A stretch of DNA of 64,000 bases from Gemmatimonadales bacterium (GTDB lineage: Bacteria > Gemmatimonadota > Gemmatimonadetes > Gemmatimonadales > GWC2-71-9), in NCBI GenBank assembly GCA_041580775.1, contig JBFGDF010000002.1, forward strand, positions 3,708 to 67,707. The letters are read 5' to 3'. The position numbers and the translations under genes were made by a program. Below, piece after piece: positions 47,243 to 55,839 of the stretch; position 1 is the stretch's first letter; the number at the start of each line of letters is the position of its first letter. A model generated the notes under the pieces. It was not told the origin of the DNA, searched no databases, and worked only from the letters and a program-made list of their open reading frames with translations.

Positions 47243-48276
47243 GAACGCTCGAACAGGAAGGCCGAGTCTCGGACCGCCGCGGCCGTGCCGTCGAAGACGG
47301 CGAACCGTGAGGGGTAGAGCGCGGCGGCGCCGAACTGACCCGCCTTGTTCACCGCGTAGAAGTTGAGCTGAAACTGCGGCCGCCCGCGCGGGTCCAACAG
47401 CCGTGGCTCGCTCGTGGCGACGACGCGACGCAGTGTTTCTAGGCACGCGTCGGTCGGGGTGAGGCCACGCCGCATGTGCTCCACCGTGAGGAACGCTCCG
47501 CAGACCTTGATGTTGGACTCGCCGCGGCCGGTGGAGCCCGCGGCGCCGACGTCGTTATCGCAGTACTGTCCAGCGCCGACGATGGGCGAGTCGCCCACCC
47601 GTCCTGGGATCTTCCACGCCAGCCCGCTCGTGGTGGTTACCGAGGAGATCTCGCCCTTGGGGCTCACGACGTTCAGGTTGATCGTGCCCGTGGGGCGCAG
47701 GCCCATCTGCTCCGACTCGGGTACGTCGAGCCAGTCGTCATCGGGACCCCGGTTGGCCCGCCAGCGGAGCCAACGCTCCCGGCTCTGCTCGGTGAGCAGA
47801 TTCTCTTCGGGAAACCCGTACGACAGGGCAAACTGCTTCGCGCCTTCGCCCACGAGCAGAATGTGGTCCGTGTAGAGCAGGACGTACTTGGCAACGACGC
47901 TTGGCGTCTTGATTCCCTCGAGCGCCCCGACCGCTCCCGCCCGTCGGGTCGGCCCGTGCATACACGACGCGTCGAGTTGGACGACGCCCGCTTCGTTGGG
48001 CAGTCCGCCGTAACCGACCGACATGTCGTCGGGGTCGAGTTCCTGGAGTTTGGCACCCTCGATCGCGGCGTCGAGCGTGTCCATGCCGTCGCGGACCAGA
48101 CGGCCGGCGAGCTCGACGCCGCGGATCCCGTTGGCCGAGCCAATGGCGATGGGACGGGCCGGGGGGCGCCGATGGACAGCGGGGGCGGCGTGGCCGACGG
48201 TCGGCGTGCCGAGCATGGCACCCGCGGCGACCCCGGTGGCAGCGCCGAGAAAGTCGCGGCGCGACAGATCGGACAT
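47239..48276 (-). CDS. Ntn-hydrolase of the isoaspartyl peptidase / glycosylasparaginase family with a Tat-type signal
   Basis: ATG at 48276 has an upstream GGAG. MSDLSRRDFLGAATGVAAGAML has the twin-Arg pattern. It carries TGTINLNVV (candidate Thr nucleophile) and GDSPIVGAGQYCDNDVGAAGSTGRGE. Confidence 0.85.
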   Translation of the reverse strand: MSDLSRRDFLGAATGVAAGAMLGTPTVGHAAPAVHRRPPARPIAIGSANGIRGVELAGRLVRDGMDTLDAAIEGAKLQELDPDDMSVGYGGLPNEAGVVQLDASCMHGPTRRAGAVGALEGIKTPSVVAKYVLLYTDHILLVGEGAKQFALSYGFPEENLLTEQSRERWLRWRANRGPDDDWLDVPESEQMGLRPTGTINLNVVSPKGEISSVTTTSGLAWKIPGRVGDSPIVGAGQYCDNDVGAAGSTGRGESNIKVCGAFLTVEHMRRGLTPTDACLETLRRVVATSEPRLLDPRGRPQFQLNFYAVNKAGQFGAAALYPSRFAVFDGTAAAVRDSAFLFERS

Positions 48277-48365
48277 GCGAGAGGCTCCTCGAGCAGGATG
48301 GTCGCAGGATTCCCGGTCGACGGCGGAAGTTACCGTCGGGTCCCCCAACGGTGTCAACTTGATTC

Positions 48366-49037
48366 GTGGCCGCGCGGCGCCGTACGTTCCCGGCGGAGCC
48401 TACGCCCGTGCCTCAGGATACCAGTCCCGACCGCGTCGCCACCCGCTACCTGCTGCTCGTGGGGGCGTGCTTCGTCGTGATCGGGCTCGTCGGTGGTCTG
48501 TTGCCGGGCGTGGGCCCCATCTTCGCTCTGTTTCTGCCCGGCGGGCTGTTGCTGCTCGCGGTTGCAGTGGGGGTGTGGGTCGTCGGACGCACGGCAGGGG
48601 AAGGACTCAGCCGATTGTTGACGCAGTTCTACGGAGCCAGCGGAGCCTCCACGCCGCCCCCGCGGGCGTACTCGGCCATCGAGGCGCTCGAGGCGCGCGG
48701 CGCATACGCCGACGCGGCGGCCGCCTATCGATCGGAGATTGCCCGCACGCCGGCTGACTGGGCGCCGCGCGTCCGGCTGGCGGAGCTGGTGCTGCGCCGG
48801 CTCGGCGACGCGGCGCAGGCGGCGAGTCTCTACCGCGAAGCCCGGGATCTCGTGCCAGATGAGCCGCACAAGGTGCTGTTTTCGCTCCGCCTCGTGGAGA
48901 TCTGCCACCGCCATCTGGGGGACCGCGGGCGCGCGGTGGTCGAGCTGCGACGCCTGATCGACACGTTCCCGGCTTCGCCGCGCATCGCGGCGGCGCGCGC
49001 TGAACTACAGCGCCTGCTGGCGGAGACGGGCCCGTGA
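48366..49037 (+). CDS. Hypothetical membrane protein with a TPR-like C-terminal domain
   Basis: 223 aa. It has two hydrophobic helices (YLLLVGACFVVIGLVGGLL, LLLLAVAVGVWVV) followed by helical repeats (AAAAYRSEIARTPADWAPRVRLAELVL...). Confidence 0.5.
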   Translation: MAARRRTFPAEPTPVPQDTSPDRVATRYLLLVGACFVVIGLVGGLLPGVGPIFALFLPGGLLLLAVAVGVWVVGRTAGEGLSRLLTQFYGASGASTPPPRAYSAIEALEARGAYADAAAAYRSEIARTPADWAPRVRLAELVLRRLGDAAQAASLYREARDLVPDEPHKVLFSLRLVEICHRHLGDRGRAVVELRRLIDTFPASPRIAAARAELQRLLAETGP

Positions 49038-49759
49038 CCGCCCGTCCCGACCTGTCGCTCGTGCTGCCTGTGCGTGATGAGCGGGACAACGTCGCGCCCC
49101 TGGTGGCGGAGATCTACGCGGCGCTGGGGGATTGGACGTTCGAGATCGTGGCGGTGGACGACGCGTCCGAGGACGGCTCGCGCGAGGAACTGCTGCGAGT
49201 GGCGCGGGCGGACCCCCGGGTGCGGGTGCTCGCGTTGCGCGCCCGGGGCGGACAGAGCGCGGCGCTGGCCGCCGGCTGGACCGCGGCCCGGGGTCGGATC
49301 GTCGCGACGCTCGACGCCGACGGGCAGAACGACCCGGCCGATCTTCCCGCGCTACTCGCCCGTCTCGAGGCGGATCCCGGTCTGGTGGCCGTCATCGGCG
49401 CCCGCACGGGGCGGCGCGACTCCCGGTGGAAACTGGTGCAGAGCCGGGCCGCGAATAGCTTTCGCGACTGGCTGACGGGAGACCGAGTGCGGGACACCGG
49501 CTGCGGGCTGAAAGTGATCCGCCGGGATGCGCTCGCGGCGCTCCCGCACTTCGACGGCATGCACCGGTTCTTACCGACGCTCCTCCGGCTCGCAGGCGGC
49601 CGCGTGGCGGAGGCGCCGGTCCGCCACCGCCCCCGACGGGCCGGGCGGTCGAAGTACGGGATGTGGAACCGCGCGACCCGCGGCCTGCGCGATGCTCTGG
49701 GCGTCCGATGGCTCGCGCACCGCCGTCTCCGGGTTGATGCCGAGGAGCTGAGTCACTGA
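49034..49759 (+). CDS. Family-2 glycosyltransferase (polyprenyl-phosphate sugar transferase-like)
   Basis: 241 aa. The GTG start overlaps the upstream stop. It carries LSLVLPVRDERDNV, VAVDDASEDGS and LDADGQNDP (DxD). Confidence 0.85.
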   Translation: MTARPDLSLVLPVRDERDNVAPLVAEIYAALGDWTFEIVAVDDASEDGSREELLRVARADPRVRVLALRARGGQSAALAAGWTAARGRIVATLDADGQNDPADLPALLARLEADPGLVAVIGARTGRRDSRWKLVQSRAANSFRDWLTGDRVRDTGCGLKVIRRDALAALPHFDGMHRFLPTLLRLAGGRVAEAPVRHRPRRAGRSKYGMWNRATRGLRDALGVRWLAHRRLRVDAEELSH

Positions 49760-49761
49760 CC

Positions 49762-50820
49762 ATGCCGCGACGACCCCGACTCGACCCCGCCATCTTTCAT
49801 TTGCCGGTCGAGAAGATGCGCGAAGGGTACTACTCCGACAAATACTTCGTGCGGGCCCGCGAGGTGCTGCTCGCCGACCGCCACCGCCCCCGCGTCCTGA
49901 TGCAGGTGTTCGGCAAGAGCGACGCGCTGTTGGGCGGGGTCGACGAGGCCATCGCCATCCTGAAGCTCTGCGCCCTGCGCTGGGACGAGCTCGTCGTCCA
50001 CGCCCTCTACGACGGCGACGAGATCCGGCCGTGGGAAACGGTCATGACGATCGACGGACCGTACGATGCGTTCGCGCACCTGGAAACGCTCTACCTCGGG
50101 GTGCTCGCGCGACGCACGCGGGTCGGGACCAACACGCGGCGTGTCGTGGACGCCGCCCGGCCGAAGGAAGTGATGTTCTTCCCGGCGCGCCATGACCACT
50201 GGCTGGTCCAGACCGGCGACGGCTACGCGGCGCACATCGCCGGCGCGATCGGGGTGTCCACCGACGCGCAGGCTTCCTGGTGGGGCAGCGAGGGGATCGG
50301 CACCGTGCCGCATGCGATCATCGCGGCCTACGGCGGCGATACCGTGCGCGCGACGCGGAAGTTCGCCGAGTTCCTTCCGGCGGACGTCCGACTGATCACC
50401 CTGGTGGACTTCGAGAACGACTCGGTCCGGACGTCGCTCGCGGTCGCACGCGCCCTGGGCGAGCGCCTGTACGGTGTCCGCCTCGACACCTCGCACACGA
50501 TGGTCGACGCCTCGGTCGTGCCCCAGATGGGGTCGTTCGATCCGACGGGCGTGAACCCACAGCTCGTGTGGAACGTGCGCCGGGCCCTGGACACCGAGGG
50601 ATTCCGCCAGGTGAAGATCGTGGTGTCGGGCGGCTTCACCGCCGACAAGATCCACCAGTTCGAAGCCCTCGGGGTTCCCGTCGACGCGTACGGTGTCGGA
50701 TCGTCCCTGTTCGGGGGTCGGTTCGACTTCACGGCCGACGTCGTGCTGACGGAGGGGAAACCCAGTGCCAAGATCGGTCGCCGGTATGAACCCAACGAGC
50801 GACTGGAGCGGGTGGAGTAA
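49762..50820 (+). CDS. Nicotinate phosphoribosyltransferase family protein
   Basis: 352 aa. The N-terminus (YYSDKYFVRAREVL) and the body (GVRLDTSHTM...KIVVSGGF) are typical of the NAPRTase/QPRTase type II PRTase fold. Confidence 0.8.
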   Translation: MPRRPRLDPAIFHLPVEKMREGYYSDKYFVRAREVLLADRHRPRVLMQVFGKSDALLGGVDEAIAILKLCALRWDELVVHALYDGDEIRPWETVMTIDGPYDAFAHLETLYLGVLARRTRVGTNTRRVVDAARPKEVMFFPARHDHWLVQTGDGYAAHIAGAIGVSTDAQASWWGSEGIGTVPHAIIAAYGGDTVRATRKFAEFLPADVRLITLVDFENDSVRTSLAVARALGERLYGVRLDTSHTMVDASVVPQMGSFDPTGVNPQLVWNVRRALDTEGFRQVKIVVSGGFTADKIHQFEALGVPVDAYGVGSSLFGGRFDFTADVVLTEGKPSAKIGRRYEPNERLERVE

Positions 50821-50883
50821 CGTGACGCGTGACGCGTGACGCGTGACGCGTGAAACGTGAAACGTGAAACGTGAAACGTGAAA
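50821..50883. repeat. Perfect heptanucleotide tandem array: 4 x CGTGACG followed by 5 x CGTGAAA
   Basis: Read directly. The nine contiguous 7-nt units start immediately after the TAA stop at 50818-50820. Confidence 0.95.
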
Positions 50884-50951
50884 CGAAGACCCCAGGATGC
50901 GGCTGCCGCGGTGGCCCCGATCGGCACGGGACTTGCGTTTCGCGGGTTCCC

Positions 50952-50965
50952 TTTCACGTTTCACG
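50952..50965. repeat. 2 x TTTCACG, the reverse complement of the CGTGAAA unit
   Basis: Read directly. It lies 69 nt downstream of the array and 30 nt upstream of the aminotransferase ATG, and can pair with any two adjacent CGTGAAA units to form a 14-bp stem. Confidence 0.8.
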
Positions 50966-50994
50966 CTCCCCGATCTGAGGTTTGTCGCATTCCG

Positions 50995-52086
50995 ATGTCT
51001 CACGTCCCGTTTGGCCGGTTCCTCCTTCCCGGTCCCACCGAAGTACATCCGGACGTTCTGGCGGCCATGCTGCGTCCGATGATCGCTCATCGCGGCTCGG
51101 CCATGGTAGACCTGCTCGCGGCGCTCGAGGAGCCGCTCCGGCGGCTGTTCCGGACGACCCGGCGGGTGGTGGTCGGGACCTGCGCCGCCACCGGCTTCAT
51201 GGAGTTGGCCGTGCGAAGCGGTGTCCGTGCCCGTGCCCTGTCGGTGGTGAGCGGGGCGTTCGGCGAGCGCTTCGCGGCCATCGTGCAGGCCTGCGGGCAC
51301 GAGGTGGTCCGCCTGGAAGTGCGGCCGGGTGACGTGGTGGAGCCCGACATGCTGCGGGATGCGCTGCGCCGCACCGAGGCGGACGCAGTGACGGTGGTGC
51401 ACTCGGAGACGTCCACCGGCGCCTTGGCACCGCTCGCGGAGCTCGCGCCAGTGGTGCGGGAGTTCGACGACGTCCTGCTGCTGGTGGACGCCGTCACGTC
51501 GGTGGCGGGCTCACCGGTGGAGACGGACGTGCTGGCGCTCGATTTCGTCTTCACCGGCTCGCAGAAGGCGTTGGCCCTGCCGCCGGGGCTCGCGCTGGGC
51601 GTGGCGTCCGAGCGCATGCTCGCGCGAGCCCGCGGCCTGCCGGGACGCGGGGCCTATCTCGATCTCGTGGCCTATGACGAGGCCTTTGCCGAGCGGCAGC
51701 CCACCAACACGCCGGCGCTCTCGCTGCTCTATGCGCTCGCCGTCCAGTGCCAGCGCATCGAGGCCGAGGGCGGTGTCGAGGCCCGCTGGGCACGCCACGA
51801 CGCCATGCGGACCGCCGTCGAGCACTGGATCGAAGGGGCCGGCGGGGCGCTCGGGTTCGGGTATCTGCCGCGTGCCGGTCGGCGGTCGTGGACGGTCTCG
51901 TGCCTGCGCGTGCCGGACGGGACGAGCGGGCGGGCGATCGTGCGGCGGGTGGCGGAGACGGGCTGGACGATCGGCACCGGGTACGGCCCGCTCAAGGAAT
52001 CCACCTTGCGGATCGGGCACATGGGCGATCACACGCGCGAGAGCGTGGAGGCGGTGCTCGAGGTGATCGGGCAGGCCGTGCGATGA
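50995..52086 (+). CDS. Class-V (PLP) aminotransferase; by context a candidate phosphoserine / serine-glyoxylate aminotransferase
   Basis: ATG at 50995 (MSHVPFGRFLLPGPTEVHPDVLAAM). It carries FTGSQKALALPPG (PLP Lys). The stop overlaps the serA start as ATGA. Confidence 0.85.
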   Translation: MSHVPFGRFLLPGPTEVHPDVLAAMLRPMIAHRGSAMVDLLAALEEPLRRLFRTTRRVVVGTCAATGFMELAVRSGVRARALSVVSGAFGERFAAIVQACGHEVVRLEVRPGDVVEPDMLRDALRRTEADAVTVVHSETSTGALAPLAELAPVVREFDDVLLLVDAVTSVAGSPVETDVLALDFVFTGSQKALALPPGLALGVASERMLARARGLPGRGAYLDLVAYDEAFAERQPTNTPALSLLYALAVQCQRIEAEGGVEARWARHDAMRTAVEHWIEGAGGALGFGYLPRAGRRSWTVSCLRVPDGTSGRAIVRRVAETGWTIGTGYGPLKESTLRIGHMGDHTRESVEAVLEVIGQAVR

Positions 52087-53675
52087 CCTGGACGGTCGTG
52101 GTGGCGGACCGCGTGGCGGAGAGTGGTCTCCGCCTGCTGCGCGACGAGGCGGATCTCACGGTCGTCAGTGCCGTCGGCAGCGCCGATGCGTTGCGACGCG
52201 CGCTGCCGCAGGCGGACGGCCTGCTGGTCCGTTCGGACACCCAGGTGACGGCGGACCTGATCGCGCTCGGCGCCCGCCTGCGCGTCATCGGTCGCGCCGG
52301 GATCGGGGTGGACAACATCGACGTCGCGGCGGCCACGGCCCGGGGCATCGCGGTGCTGAATGCCCCGGGTGGCAACACCGTGAGCGCGGCCGAGCATACG
52401 TGGGCCATGCTGCTCGCCCTCGTGCGGCGCATCCCCTGGGCCGCCGCGAGCATGCGGACCGGGGCGTGGGATCGCAAGACGTTCGCCGGAACCGAGCTGC
52501 GCGGGAAGGTGCTGGGCATCGTCGGGCTCGGGCGCATCGGCCAGCATGTCGCCGCGATCGGACGGGGCATTGGGATGGAGCTGATCGCGCACGACCCGTA
52601 TCTCACGGAGAAGCGGGCGCAGGATCTTGGTGTCGCGCTGTTGCCGTTGGACGACCTGCTGGCGCAGGCGGATGTGGTCACCCTGCACATGCCCCTCGCG
52701 GACGACACGCGACACCTGTTGGGCGCCGAGCGGCTGGCACGGATGCAGCCGCACGCCCTGCTCGTGAACACCGCGCGCGGTGAGCTGGTGGATGAAGCGG
52801 CGCTGGTCGAGGCGCTCGAGGCCGGACGGCTCGCCGGCGCCGCCATCGACGTGTACGCGCAGGAACCGCTGCCCGCCGACTCGCCCTTGCGCAGCCACGA
52901 CCGACTGCTGCTCACGCCGCACCTCGCCGCGTCCACCGTCGAGGCGCAGGAACGGGTGTCCCGCGAGATCTGCGCAGCGGTGCGGGACGCGCTGCGGTCT
53001 GGCGATGTCGGGGGGGCCGTGAATGTCGCGGGGGTTTCGGCGGCGGCGATCCGGCGGCTCCGGCCGGTGCTGGAACTGGCACGCCGGGTGGGACGGTTGG
53101 GGGCCACGCTGGCCCACGGGCGCGTGCAGGCCATCGAGGTGCAGTACGGCGGGCCGGACGAGGAAGCCCCGCGTCCCGCCAAGCTCGCCGCCGTCGAAGG
53201 GGCGCTTGGCGCCATGGGCGTGGGTCCCGTGTCCATGGTCAACGCGCAGCCCCTCGCCGAGCAGCGGGGCATCACCCTGGCGCGACGAGGCGGGGCGCCG
53301 CTGGCCGGGTTCGAGACCACCGTGAGCGTCATCCTGCAGACCGCCGATCGCATGACGTGCGTCGTGGGCGCGCTGGTCGGCGAGCGCGGCCGCATCGTCG
53401 AGATCGACGGCTATCCGGTGGACGTGCCGGCGGACGGCTATCTGATCGTACTGTGCAACCGCGACGTGCCGGGCGTGATCGGGCGGGTGGGAACGGCGTT
53501 GGGCGATGCCGGGGCCAACATCGGGGTCTATCACCAGTCGCGCCGGGCCGACTCGGATGTGGCCCTGGCCGCGATCGCCGTCGATCAGCCCCCGGCGCGG
53601 GACCTGCTGGCGCGGCTCGCCACCCTGCCCGACGTCACCGACGTCCGCTTCGTCGACCTCGACAGCAGCCGCTGA
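52083..53675 (+). CDS. serA: D-3-phosphoglycerate dehydrogenase with a C-terminal ACT domain
   Basis: ATG at 52083. It carries GRAGIGVDNIDV and GIVGLGRIGQHVA. The intervening and ACT domains are present (YLIVLCNRDVPGVIGRVGTALGDAGANI). Confidence 0.92.
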   Translation: MTWTVVVADRVAESGLRLLRDEADLTVVSAVGSADALRRALPQADGLLVRSDTQVTADLIALGARLRVIGRAGIGVDNIDVAAATARGIAVLNAPGGNTVSAAEHTWAMLLALVRRIPWAAASMRTGAWDRKTFAGTELRGKVLGIVGLGRIGQHVAAIGRGIGMELIAHDPYLTEKRAQDLGVALLPLDDLLAQADVVTLHMPLADDTRHLLGAERLARMQPHALLVNTARGELVDEAALVEALEAGRLAGAAIDVYAQEPLPADSPLRSHDRLLLTPHLAASTVEAQERVSREICAAVRDALRSGDVGGAVNVAGVSAAAIRRLRPVLELARRVGRLGATLAHGRVQAIEVQYGGPDEEAPRPAKLAAVEGALGAMGVGPVSMVNAQPLAEQRGITLARRGGAPLAGFETTVSVILQTADRMTCVVGALVGERGRIVEIDGYPVDVPADGYLIVLCNRDVPGVIGRVGTALGDAGANIGVYHQSRRADSDVALAAIAVDQPPARDLLARLATLPDVTDVRFVDLDSSR

Positions 53676-53683
53676 GCCGTGGG

Positions 53684-55777
53684 CTAGTCGCCCACGCGCT
53701 CGGCGCCGCTCAGCCGGAACCGGCTGACCTGGGCATTGAGCCGCTCGGAGGCCTCGGCCAGGTGTGAGGCCGAGCTCGCGATCTCCTCGGTCGACGCACT
53801 CTGTTCCTGGGCGGCCGCCGCAATCTGCTCGATCGCGGCTACCGAGGTCTCCGTCCCCTCGGCGAGCGCCTCCAATCGGTGGGAGATTTCCTCCACCAGC
53901 CGCCGCGCTTCCGCCGCCGCGGTCGAGATCTCGTCCGCCCACGCGTTCCCCTCCACCGCCTGGCCGGTGATGTCCTCGAGCCCGCCGGCCACCTCCACCG
54001 CCACGTCCCGCACCGCGGCGCTCTCCTGCGCCAGACGGACGAGCCGCTCCCGCGTGGTCGTGATGCCCTGCAGGACACGCGCGACCGTATCCGACGTGGT
54101 CTGGGCCGCCTGGGCCGCCTGGCCGGCCAGCTTCCGGACCTCGTCGGCGACGACGGCGAACCCCTGACCTTCGGCGCCCGCGCGCGCGGCCTCGATCGCG
54201 GCGTTGAGCGCCAGCATCTTCGTGCGGGTGGCGACCGTGCGGGCCTGCGTGACGAACTGTTGGATCTCGGTCGACAGCCCGGCCAGCGTCTCCGCCTCCC
54301 CGGCGGTCCGCTCGACCTCCCCGGCGAGATCCGTGAGCTGCTTGCTCCCCTCGACGAGCCGTCCGCGATGCCGATCCGCGCCCTCCCGCAGCTCCACGCT
54401 GCGCTCGGCAGCGAGCCGTGCGCCGTCGGCGAGCTGGGTGGTGATCGCGAGAATGCGCGACGAATCCTCCGCCGAGCTGCGGACCCGTCCGGCCTGCATC
54501 GTCGCTTCGTCGGTGAGTTTCTGGGACGTCGTGGCCATTTCCTGCGTGGACGCGGACATCTCCTCGGTGCTGGCGGAGATCTGCTGGGCCATGGCGGCCA
54601 TGTCCTCGGCGGCGCCGCGGATGTTCGCCACCAGCACCCGCAACTCCGTGACCATGTCGCCGGTCGCGCGCTGCAGGACCGCCACCTCGCCGATGCCCCG
54701 GGCCGCCTGCGGGGGACGGACGGTCAGGTCGCCACCGGCGACCGCCGTCGCGGCGTCCGTTGCCGTCTTGATCGGCCGGGCGATGCGAGTGTCCATCCAC
54801 TCGCTCACGACGAGCACGAGCACGAGAATCACCACCAGCCCGAGCGCACCCGCGATCGCGATCGTCCGACCAACGAACCGGGCCGTTTGCAGCGCGATCG
54901 CGTTGGGCTGGGCCACGATCACCTGCCAGCGGCCGGCGAACACCGGCACGGACGCCAGCGTCGCCGGCTCGCCAGCGACCGTGGTCGGCTGTACGGACGG
55001 ACCGGCGTCCCGCCGCAGGTCGTCGGCAAAGGCGGAGCGACGCAGCAGCTGGGTGCGGTTGGCGCCGGCCACCGTTCGGTTGAGGGAATCGACGACCTCG
55101 ACGATCACCCCGTCGCCCCCGGCCAGCCGCGCGACCGACTGGGTCAGCGACCCCAGTCGGATGACGGCTTGCAGCACTCCGAGGGGAGGGCCGCCCGCCG
55201 GATCGGGGATTCGGACCGCCACGGGGAGCGCGGCGCCGCGCGCCGTCTCGTCGAACTCGGGTGTCCCGACGAACGCCCCGTCGCGCAGCGCCAGCTGCCA
55301 CCACTCCTCGTCGGCCTGCACGAAGTCGGTCGGGAGCGCCGTCGCGACCACGTTCAGGCCGTTCCGCTCCGTGAACATGATGTCGACGAAGTCCGACCCT
55401 TCGAGGAACGTGCGGAAGAAGCTCTCAAGCCCGCGGTCGCGGCGCAGGACGCGCGTGTCGGCAAACCGCTGTTCCAGGCTCTCGCGATCCACCCGGTCGA
55501 GCCCTCCGCGCACCGCCTCCGCCCCGGCTTCTCGGGCGAGCCCCCCCACCGCGGGCAGGGCGGCCAGGCGGGTCAGGTCCCGCTGCCGGTCGGCGAGATA
55601 CCGGTCGATGTACTCCGCCGCCCGCGTGCCGGCGGCCAGGAGACGCGCGTGCGCCTCCCGCTCGAGCCGATTGGAGGCGAGGACATACACGCTGATGACG
55701 CCGGTGGCGACGGCGGCCAGAGCCGCCGGGAACGCGAAGAGGACGGTGCGGGTGCGCAGATGGGCGACGGCGGCCAT
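53684..55777 (-). CDS. Methyl-accepting chemotaxis protein (2 TM, periplasmic sensor, HAMP, MA domain)
   Basis: 697 aa. The signalling-domain hairpin is [36 protein letters not shown], and a HAMP segment follows TM2. Confidence 0.9.
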   Translation of the reverse strand: MAAVAHLRTRTVLFAFPAALAAVATGVISVYVLASNRLEREAHARLLAAGTRAAEYIDRYLADRQRDLTRLAALPAVGGLAREAGAEAVRGGLDRVDRESLEQRFADTRVLRRDRGLESFFRTFLEGSDFVDIMFTERNGLNVVATALPTDFVQADEEWWQLALRDGAFVGTPEFDETARGAALPVAVRIPDPAGGPPLGVLQAVIRLGSLTQSVARLAGGDGVIVEVVDSLNRTVAGANRTQLLRRSAFADDLRRDAGPSVQPTTVAGEPATLASVPVFAGRWQVIVAQPNAIALQTARFVGRTIAIAGALGLVVILVLVLVVSEWMDTRIARPIKTATDAATAVAGGDLTVRPPQAARGIGEVAVLQRATGDMVTELRVLVANIRGAAEDMAAMAQQISASTEEMSASTQEMATTSQKLTDEATMQAGRVRSSAEDSSRILAITTQLADGARLAAERSVELREGADRHRGRLVEGSKQLTDLAGEVERTAGEAETLAGLSTEIQQFVTQARTVATRTKMLALNAAIEAARAGAEGQGFAVVADEVRKLAGQAAQAAQTTSDTVARVLQGITTTRERLVRLAQESAAVRDVAVEVAGGLEDITGQAVEGNAWADEISTAAAEARRLVEEISHRLEALAEGTETSVAAIEQIAAAAQEQSASTEEIASSASHLAEASERLNAQVSRFRLSGAERVGD

Positions 55778-55839
55778 AACGGCGCGGGTAAACTACGACC
55801 GCCTGCAGGGCGCAGGCAAGCTCGGCTATACTAGTGGGT

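Noticed and set aside
50821-50883. Considered whether the heptad array could be a CRISPR array or a coding repeat
   Set aside because: The units are 7 nt with no spacers, so it is not a CRISPR array. Both overlapping ORFs (49753-51402 -, 50328-50957 -) are shadow-type. The array starts right after a stop codon and lies between two well-defined genes.
52029-55304. 1091-aa minus-strand ORF, the longest in the track
   Set aside because: It runs antisense through serA and in an alternate frame of the MCP gene. It is extremely Arg/Gly/Pro/Ala-rich (RRGRR, GGGG runs). Both underlying genes have clear family motifs in their own frames.
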